Source of the DNA: Chlamydiota bacterium
GTDB lineage: Bacteria > Auribacterota > Tritonobacteria > UBA1439
Assembly: GCA_037133055.1 (NCBI GenBank)
Contig: JBAXOY010000049.1
Coordinates: 1 to 20,550 of the forward strand
Direction: 5' to 3'
DNA length: 20,550 nucleotides
Part shown: positions 15,183-20,550 of the stretch, piece by piece
Position numbering within the stretch: position 1 is the first letter of the stretch
How the letters are laid out: each line of letters opens with the position of its first letter
Made by a program: the position numbers and the translations under genes
The notes under the pieces: generated by a model
Database searches by the model: none
Told to the model about the DNA's origin: nothing
Seen by the model: the letters and a program-made list of their open reading frames with translations, nothing else

Positions 15183-16877
15183 TCAGTCCTCCCGGGCGCC
15201 CGGCGTCACCGCCCGGTTGGTCGCGAGGACCTGCTCGCCCAGACGCCCGATCACCGCGACCGGGGCGCGCACCTTCTCCTCGAGATAGCGCACGTCCCTC
15301 CTCTTCATCAGGGCGATCACGTGCCTCTCCGAATCCCACGCCCGGATGAATTGGGCGATGTCGAGGAATAGGTCGGGCTCCCCCGGGATGCCGCTCCCGA
15401 ATCGGAAATCGATCGTGTCCCCTGCGTCCACCATCACGAACCCGCGGTGCGTGTAGAAGGCGAGCGAGGGGGAGTAGAGATAGCTCGCGAGGAGGGTGTC
15501 GGGGCCGAGGTGCCTCGTGGCGATGAGGGCGAGCCTTCTGCAGGTGCGCTCCCCGGCGAAGATCCGCGGGATAAGCCGGGAGGCTATGATGTCGGTGAGG
15601 TAGATCGTCATGAGGAGCGCGCAGAAGAACCCGGCCGCATTTCCCTTGCGGATTCGCGTCCACGAGAGGATTCCCCCCGCGAGGATGAGCGCGCCCATGG
15701 CGATGAAGCCGGGGTGGCTCAGGCCCCTGATGTGGAATACGTAGGAATAGAAGATCCCGAATACCCCCGCCGCGCAGAGCACCGTGGAGACGGCGTGGGC
15801 CTGCCACATCCACGAGCGTGACACCCCGTCGAAGAGCCGGGAAAACGCGGCGCCCATCAGGAGGGCAACCGGCGGGAGCACGGGGATGATGTAGGTGACG
15901 AGCGCGGATTTCGACAGCGAGAAGAAGACAAAGATGATCGCGGCCCAGAGGACGAGGAAGAGCGGTATCCTCGCCCCGTCTTTCCCGCGCTCCCTCCAGA
16001 GCTGCCGGACGACGGCCGGCAGGAAGAGCGACCAGGGGAAGAGCAGCAGGAGAATGATCGGCACGAAGAAGCCGAACGGCTCCTCGCGGCGGTGCACCGT
16101 GGTGAGGAAGCGCTGGAAATGCTCCCGGATGAAAAAGAAGCGGGCGAACTCGGGGTTCCTCCACGAGACGAGAAGATACCACGGGGCGGCGATAGCCATG
16201 AAGAGCGCCAGTCCGGTCGCCCAGCGCATGTCGGCGAGGATCCGCCCTTTACGGGTGATACGCGCATAGGAGAGGATCACCGCGCCCGGGAGCAGGAAGC
16301 CGATCGGGCCCTTCGCGAGCGTCGCGAGCGCCATGGATGCCCAGAAGAAATGGAGCAGCAGCGCCCGGCGCGGGCCCTTCTCGCCGGCGGCGACGATCCA
16401 TAACGAGAGCGCCGCCGTCATGAAAAGAGTGAGGGGCATGTCGATGATGCAGAGCCTCGCGCACACGAAGTAGCCCGCTGCGGTCCCGAGTATGAGCGCG
16501 GAGAGCATGCCCACCCTCCTGCCGAGGACCCTGCGCCCGGTCCAGTAGACGAGGAGCACCGTGAGAAGGCCGCACAGGGCGGCGGGGAGGCGCGCGGCGA
16601 ACTCGCTCTCCCCGAGGAGCGCCATGGACGCGGCATTCATCCAGTAAAAGATCGGGGGCTTGAAGAAGAACTTCACGCCGCAGAGATGGGGGGTGACAAA
16701 ATCGCGGGTTGCGAGCATTTCGCGCGGGATCTCGGCGTAGCGCCCCTCGTCGGGGTCCATGAGGGGGAAGTTCCCGAGGAAGACGGCGAGAGAGAACCCG
16801 AAGGCGAGCGTGAGGGCGAGGATGTCCGTTCCCCAGCGCCCCTCCCGTTTCGAGGTGAAGAGGTACAACGTCTCCAT
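15183..16877 (-). CDS. ArnT-family (4-amino-4-deoxy-L-arabinose transferase-like) glycosyltransferase
   Basis: DPDEGRYAEIPREML...DFVTPHL.G..FFFKPPIFYW, FAARLP, IDMPLT, LAKGPIG, PWY and SKSALVTYIIP. GGAGG precedes ATG 16877. Confidence 0.9.
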   Translation of the reverse strand: METLYLFTSKREGRWGTDILALTLAFGFSLAVFLGNFPLMDPDEGRYAEIPREMLATRDFVTPHLCGVKFFFKPPIFYWMNAASMALLGESEFAARLPAALCGLLTVLLVYWTGRRVLGRRVGMLSALILGTAAGYFVCARLCIIDMPLTLFMTAALSLWIVAAGEKGPRRALLLHFFWASMALATLAKGPIGFLLPGAVILSYARITRKGRILADMRWATGLALFMAIAAPWYLLVSWRNPEFARFFFIREHFQRFLTTVHRREEPFGFFVPIILLLLFPWSLFLPAVVRQLWRERGKDGARIPLFLVLWAAIIFVFFSLSKSALVTYIIPVLPPVALLMGAAFSRLFDGVSRSWMWQAHAVSTVLCAAGVFGIFYSYVFHIRGLSHPGFIAMGALILAGGILSWTRIRKGNAAGFFCALLMTIYLTDIIASRLIPRIFAGERTCRRLALIATRHLGPDTLLASYLYSPSLAFYTHRGFVMVDAGDTIDFRFGSGIPGEPDLFLDIAQFIRAWDSERHVIALMKRRDVRYLEEKVRAPVAVIGRLGEQVLATNRAVTPGARED

Positions 16878-17049
16878 CGGCGAGGCCTCCACCGCCCATT
16901 GTCTCATTCCGGCGCCCCGAAGACCACGGGTAGTTTCGGTATGGCCGGGGGAAACAAACCCTTGCCCGCTCCTTCGCGCCCGTGATAGAGTGTCGCCGAG
17001 TCGGAAAGGAACACATCCCCCGCCGCTTGCGCGGGGCCCGCACAACGCC

Positions 17050-17715
17050 ATGCGCGCTGTTTCATTATCGAGATTCCATGTGTGCGCCCTCTTCGCGGGC
17101 GCGTGCCTCTGCGTGTGTTTCCCCCCGACGTCCCGCGCGGGGGATGATCCGCTGCGGGAAAAGAAAGAAGCCGTCAGCGCCCCGGGCGGCGCCGGGGCCC
17201 CCGCCGCGGGGCAGGGCTACACGATCAAATGCCCTGAAGGATGGACCGTGCGCAAGGGGATGGTTCCGCAGATCGACCTCACCCTCTCCTGCGACGCCGA
17301 CCCGGGAGCGACCATTTCCGTCACCAGGGCGCCCGCGGGCCCTGTGAAAGAGATCACGGAATCGGCGGCCCGCGAGATGAAGGAGATGCTCACGGCGAAC
17401 CTTCCCGGCTACGAGGTCACCGCCGAGGAGTGGCGCGAGGTGGACGGTGCGCGCGCGTACCGCGTTTCCGCCCGCTACACGCTTCGGTCCGGCGCGTTCC
17501 AGATGGCGATGCAGAACTCCCAGGTCCTGTTCGTCAAGGGAGGCACCGCCTACACCATCACCTACACCTTGACCCCCGGGCTATTCATGAAACACCTGGG
17601 CGAGTTCGAGACGACGCTCGGGAGCTTCGGGGCGAAGATCGAGGCGATTCCGACCGCGCCCGGGCAGCAACCCGCGGCACGGACGGCGGCGCTGCCAGTA
17701 TCCAGGAAACCTTGA
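17050..17715 (+). CDS. Secreted hypothetical protein, PsbP/DcrB/Mog1-like fold
   Basis: Signal-like N-terminus. GYTIKCPEGW...VDGARAYR...QVLFVKGGTAYTITYT...FETTLGSF is a pattern typical of this fold. Confidence 0.6.
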   Translation: MRAVSLSRFHVCALFAGACLCVCFPPTSRAGDDPLREKKEAVSAPGGAGAPAAGQGYTIKCPEGWTVRKGMVPQIDLTLSCDADPGATISVTRAPAGPVKEITESAAREMKEMLTANLPGYEVTAEEWREVDGARAYRVSARYTLRSGAFQMAMQNSQVLFVKGGTAYTITYTLTPGLFMKHLGEFETTLGSFGAKIEAIPTAPGQQPAARTAALPVSRKP

Positions 17716-17735
17716 CTGCAGGGCGGGGGGGACCC

Positions 17736-19532
17736 GTGGAATACCAGGTGTTTGCGCGCAAGTGGCGGCCGCAGCAGTTCGATGATGTGGTGGGGCAGGA
17801 GCACGTCACCGCGACCCTGAGGAACGCGATCGCCCGGAAGCGGGTGGGGCATTCCTACCTGTTTACCGGCCTCCGCGGCACCGGGAAGACGAGCACCGCC
17901 CGCATCCTCGCCAAGGCCCTGAACTGCGCCAAGGGGCCGACCGACGCCCCCTGCGATGCCTGCCCGTCCTGCACCGGCATCATGGCCGGCAACAGCATGG
18001 ACGTGCTCGAGATCGACGGGGCCTCGAACCGCGGCATCGACCAGATCCGCGAACTCAGGGAGAACGTGAAGTTCGCCCCATCCTCGAGCCGGTACAAGAT
18101 CTACATCATTGACGAGGTGCACCAGATCACCACGGAGGCCTTCAACGCGCTCCTCAAGACCCTCGAGGAGCCGCCGGCGCACGTCAAGTTCCTTTTCGCC
18201 ACGACCGAGCCGTACAAGGTTCCGTCGACGATCCTTTCCCGCTGCCAGCGGTTCGACCTGCGGGCCATCTCCGACCGGGAGCTCGTGGACCGCCTCGGCC
18301 GGATCGCGAAATCCGAGAAGATCGTCATCGACGAGGGGGCGTGCTTCGCCATCGCCCGCTACGCGCAGGGGAGCATGCGGGACGCGGAGAGCATTCTCGA
18401 CCAGCTCGTCTCCTTTGCGGAGGGCGCCATCGCCGAGGAGAACGTGATCGCCATGCTCGGGCTGGTGCCGGAATCCGTGCTGCGCGACATGACCGAGGCG
18501 CTGATTGCCGGCGACTGTCGCAAAGGGCTCGAGCTCATCGACGCGGTTTCCGCGGAGGGCAAGGAGCTCAAGTTCTTCCTGACCGACTGGATCGGGTACC
18601 TAAGGTCGATGATGCTCACGCTTACCCTCGGCGGGGACGAGCGCCGGGCGGGCGTCTCCCCCGAGTCGTGGAAGGCGGTGAAGGACCAGGCCGCGCGGCT
18701 GCCGCTCGACCGGCTTCTCTACGTGATGGACCTGCTCACCCGCGCGGAGCAGCAGATGAAGCGGACCCTCTCGCCGCGGATACTGACGGAGCTTGTGTTC
18801 CTTAAGGCCGCGAGGTCCGGCGATCTCGCCTCGGTGGGCGCTATTCTTAAAAAGATCCGCCTCCTCGAGGAGCGGCTCGGCGGCGGCGGGAGCCCCGCCC
18901 CGGGCGGGGGCGGAGGGGGCGGTCCGGGCGGGCGGTCCCCGGCCCCGAAGATGGGGGAGCGCGAGCGGGAGGCGAAGGCCGCTCCCGCCGCGCGGGACCG
19001 GAGTGGGGATGGGGTAGTTCATGAAATCCCAAATCCCAAATCCCAACCCGCCGGATGGCGGGACAAATCCAAAATCGCAAAAGTCGAAGAAAAGGTCCCC
19101 GCACCCGCGCCGCCGCGCGCCGCCGCCGTAACGCCGAGGGCCGATGAGGCGCTGGCGCGCGTGCGGGAGGTCTGGCACGAAGTGCTCGACAGGATCGCAG
19201 TGGTGCGGCCGATGCTCAAGTCCTGCCTCATCGAGGGTTCACCGGCCGCGTTCGTGGATGGGGTGCTGCGCATCGAGTTCCCCGAGGAGCGCGCCTATCA
19301 CTGTGATTCGCTTGAGCACCCGGGCAACAAGGGGATCGTGAAGCGGGCGCTCTGCGAGAGGCTCGGGTACGAGATCGGCGTCAAATTCGAGATCGTGCCG
19401 AAGACCGCGAGGGATGAGGCGGCCGGACGCCCGGCCGCGCCGCGCAAGGAGCTGCAGAGCATCAAGAAGAACCCGCTGATACAGTCGGCCATCGAGATGT
19501 TCAATGCGCAGGTCGTGGATGTGAAGAGATAG
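17736..19532 (+). CDS. dnaX: DNA polymerase III subunit gamma/tau
   Basis: GTG start. YQVFARKWRPQQFDDVVGQEH, Walker A GLRGTGKTS, zinc module, EIDGASNRGID, IIDEVH, SRCQRF and a C-terminal tau domain. Confidence 0.97.
   Translation: MEYQVFARKWRPQQFDDVVGQEHVTATLRNAIARKRVGHSYLFTGLRGTGKTSTARILAKALNCAKGPTDAPCDACPSCTGIMAGNSMDVLEIDGASNRGIDQIRELRENVKFAPSSSRYKIYIIDEVHQITTEAFNALLKTLEEPPAHVKFLFATTEPYKVPSTILSRCQRFDLRAISDRELVDRLGRIAKSEKIVIDEGACFAIARYAQGSMRDAESILDQLVSFAEGAIAEENVIAMLGLVPESVLRDMTEALIAGDCRKGLELIDAVSAEGKELKFFLTDWIGYLRSMMLTLTLGGDERRAGVSPESWKAVKDQAARLPLDRLLYVMDLLTRAEQQMKRTLSPRILTELVFLKAARSGDLASVGAILKKIRLLEERLGGGGSPAPGGGGGGGPGGRSPAPKMGEREREAKAAPAARDRSGDGVVHEIPNPKSQPAGWRDKSKIAKVEEKVPAPAPPRAAAVTPRADEALARVREVWHEVLDRIAVVRPMLKSCLIEGSPAAFVDGVLRIEFPEERAYHCDSLEHPGNKGIVKRALCERLGYEIGVKFEIVPKTARDEAAGRPAAPRKELQSIKKNPLIQSAIEMFNAQVVDVKR
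19024..19085 (+). repeat. Heptamer tandem repeat with embedded palindrome inside the dnaX linker
   Basis: (aaatccc)x3-aa-cccgcc-ggat-ggcggg-ac-aaatcca-aaatcgc-aaaagtc. Confidence 0.8.
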
Positions 19533-19568
19533 CGATCGAGCGATCGAGCGAGAGAAAAGGGAGAAAAG

Positions 19569-19874
19569 ATGCAGAACATATTCGGCATGCTCAAGGATGC
19601 GCACACGCTGAAGCGCGAGATGGGCAGGGTCAGCGAGGGGCTTGCCCATCTCGAGGCGGAGGGGGCTGCCGGGAAGGGGCTGGTCAGGGTGGCGATGGAC
19701 GGACAGATGAAGCTCAAGCGAGTGACGATCGCGCCCGAGCTCCTCGCGCGCGGCGACGCGGCGGCCCTCGGGGAGCTGGTCCTCGCCGCGGCGAACCAGG
19801 CGCGGGAGAATGCGCAGAAACTCGCCGCCGAAGCGATGCGGAAATTGGCGGGCGTGCCCGGGGGCATGGGTTGA
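19569..19874 (+). CDS. ybaB: YbaB/EbfC family nucleoid-associated protein
   Basis: 101 aa, EGAAGKGLVRVAMDGQMKLKRVTI...LVLAAANQA. Lies between dnaX and recR. Confidence 0.92.
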   Translation: MQNIFGMLKDAHTLKREMGRVSEGLAHLEAEGAAGKGLVRVAMDGQMKLKRVTIAPELLARGDAAALGELVLAAANQARENAQKLAAEAMRKLAGVPGGMG

Positions 19875-19959
19875 CGTTCCGGCCGGGTGCGGCGCCGGGA
19901 GCGAGAACCCGCATTCTGTTCCTGAGATTCGAGACCTGAGATTTGAGATCCGGCATTCG

Positions 19960-20550
19960 ATGAAATACCCCCTCTCCATCGCCAGGCTCATCGAGGAGTT
20001 GATCAAGCTCCCGGGCATCGGCCCGCGGAGCGCGGAGCGGATCGTCTTCCACCTCCTGAAAGTCCCCGCCCCCGAGTGCGCCCGGCTCGCCGATGCGCTC
20101 ATCGAGGCCAAGAAAAAGATCCACCACTGCTCGGTCTGCTACAGCGTGGCGGAGACCGACCCGTGCCCCGTCTGCTCGGACGCGCGGCGCGACCCGCGGA
20201 CCCTCTGCGTCGTCGAGCGGCCCGCCGACATGATGGCGGTGGAGAAGACGGGCGACTATCACGGCCTCTACCACGTCCTCATGGGAAAGATCGCCCCGCT
20301 CGACGGGGTCGGGCCCGAGTCGCTGCGGGTCGAGGAGCTCGCCCGCAGGGTGAAGAGGGGGGGGATCGCGGAGGTGATCATCGCCACCGGCTCCGATGTC
20401 GAGGGTGAGGCGACGGCTCTTTACCTCGCCCGCGTCCTGAAGCCCCTCCCGGTCAAGGTCACCCGCATCGCGCACGGCATCCCGATGGGGAGCAGCCTCG
20501 ACTTCAGCGACGAGGTGACCATCGCGCGGGCATTCGACGGCCGCACCCCG
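19960..20550 (+). CDS. recR: Recombination mediator RecR (stop codon not reached in the window; absent from the ORF track)
   Basis: MKYPLSIARLIEELIKLPGIGPRSAERIVFHLL, C4 zinc finger CSVC...CPVC, YHGLYHVLMGKIAPLDGVGP, EVIIATGSDVEGEATALY and VTRIAHGIPMGSSLDFSD. Confidence 0.97.
   Translation, partial: MKYPLSIARLIEELIKLPGIGPRSAERIVFHLLKVPAPECARLADALIEAKKKIHHCSVCYSVAETDPCPVCSDARRDPRTLCVVERPADMMAVEKTGDYHGLYHVLMGKIAPLDGVGPESLRVEELARRVKRGGIAEVIIATGSDVEGEATALYLARVLKPLPVKVTRIAHGIPMGSSLDFSDEVTIARAFDGRTP

Noticed and set aside
10699..16182. Long alternative ORFs (10699-12843 +, 12206-14362 -, 14059-16182 -) and the 5' extensions of the GT2 and dnaX ORFs
   Set aside because: Arg/Pro/Gly-rich shadow frames expected in high-GC DNA, overlapping well-supported genes.
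18848..18875. dnaX -1 frameshift site (T AAA AAG plus downstream hairpin)
   Set aside because: Only five A's rather than the canonical A AAA AAG, and the -1 frame has no nearby stop (it runs to ~19024).
19531..19550. agcgatcg tandem repeat after the dnaX stop
   Set aside because: About 2.5 copies only; no evidence of function.

Overview
Bacterial genomic window in two parts. From ~10,700 to the end is a visibly more GC-rich core region: two GT-C/ArnT-like membrane glycosyltransferases, a polysaccharide pyruvyl transferase, a GT2, a secreted PsbP/DcrB-like protein and dnaX-ybaB-recR. Positions 1 to ~10,690 are a less GC-rich accessory region: secreted PQQ/BamB-like beta-propeller paralogs, a four-helix-bundle gene and a tRNA-Glu(UUC) at 3256-3331. 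The main observation is that four cargo units follow the tRNA in tandem (beta-propeller, beta-propeller, AbiEi/AbiEii, erythromycin-esterase-like). Each unit ends in a junction GGTTC-N17/18-G(T/G)CGC(CA) that copies the tRNA T-arm and acceptor-end motifs, with spacing 5 bp longer than in the tRNA at three of the four junctions, and is followed by a terminator hairpin. On the minus strand each junction encodes a short orphan peptide resembling the displaced C-terminus of a large serine recombinase, in two families. No integrase gene is in the window. I infer an integron-like, tRNA-anchored array of non-autonomous cassettes mobilised in trans. All calls are by eye; no searches were run.
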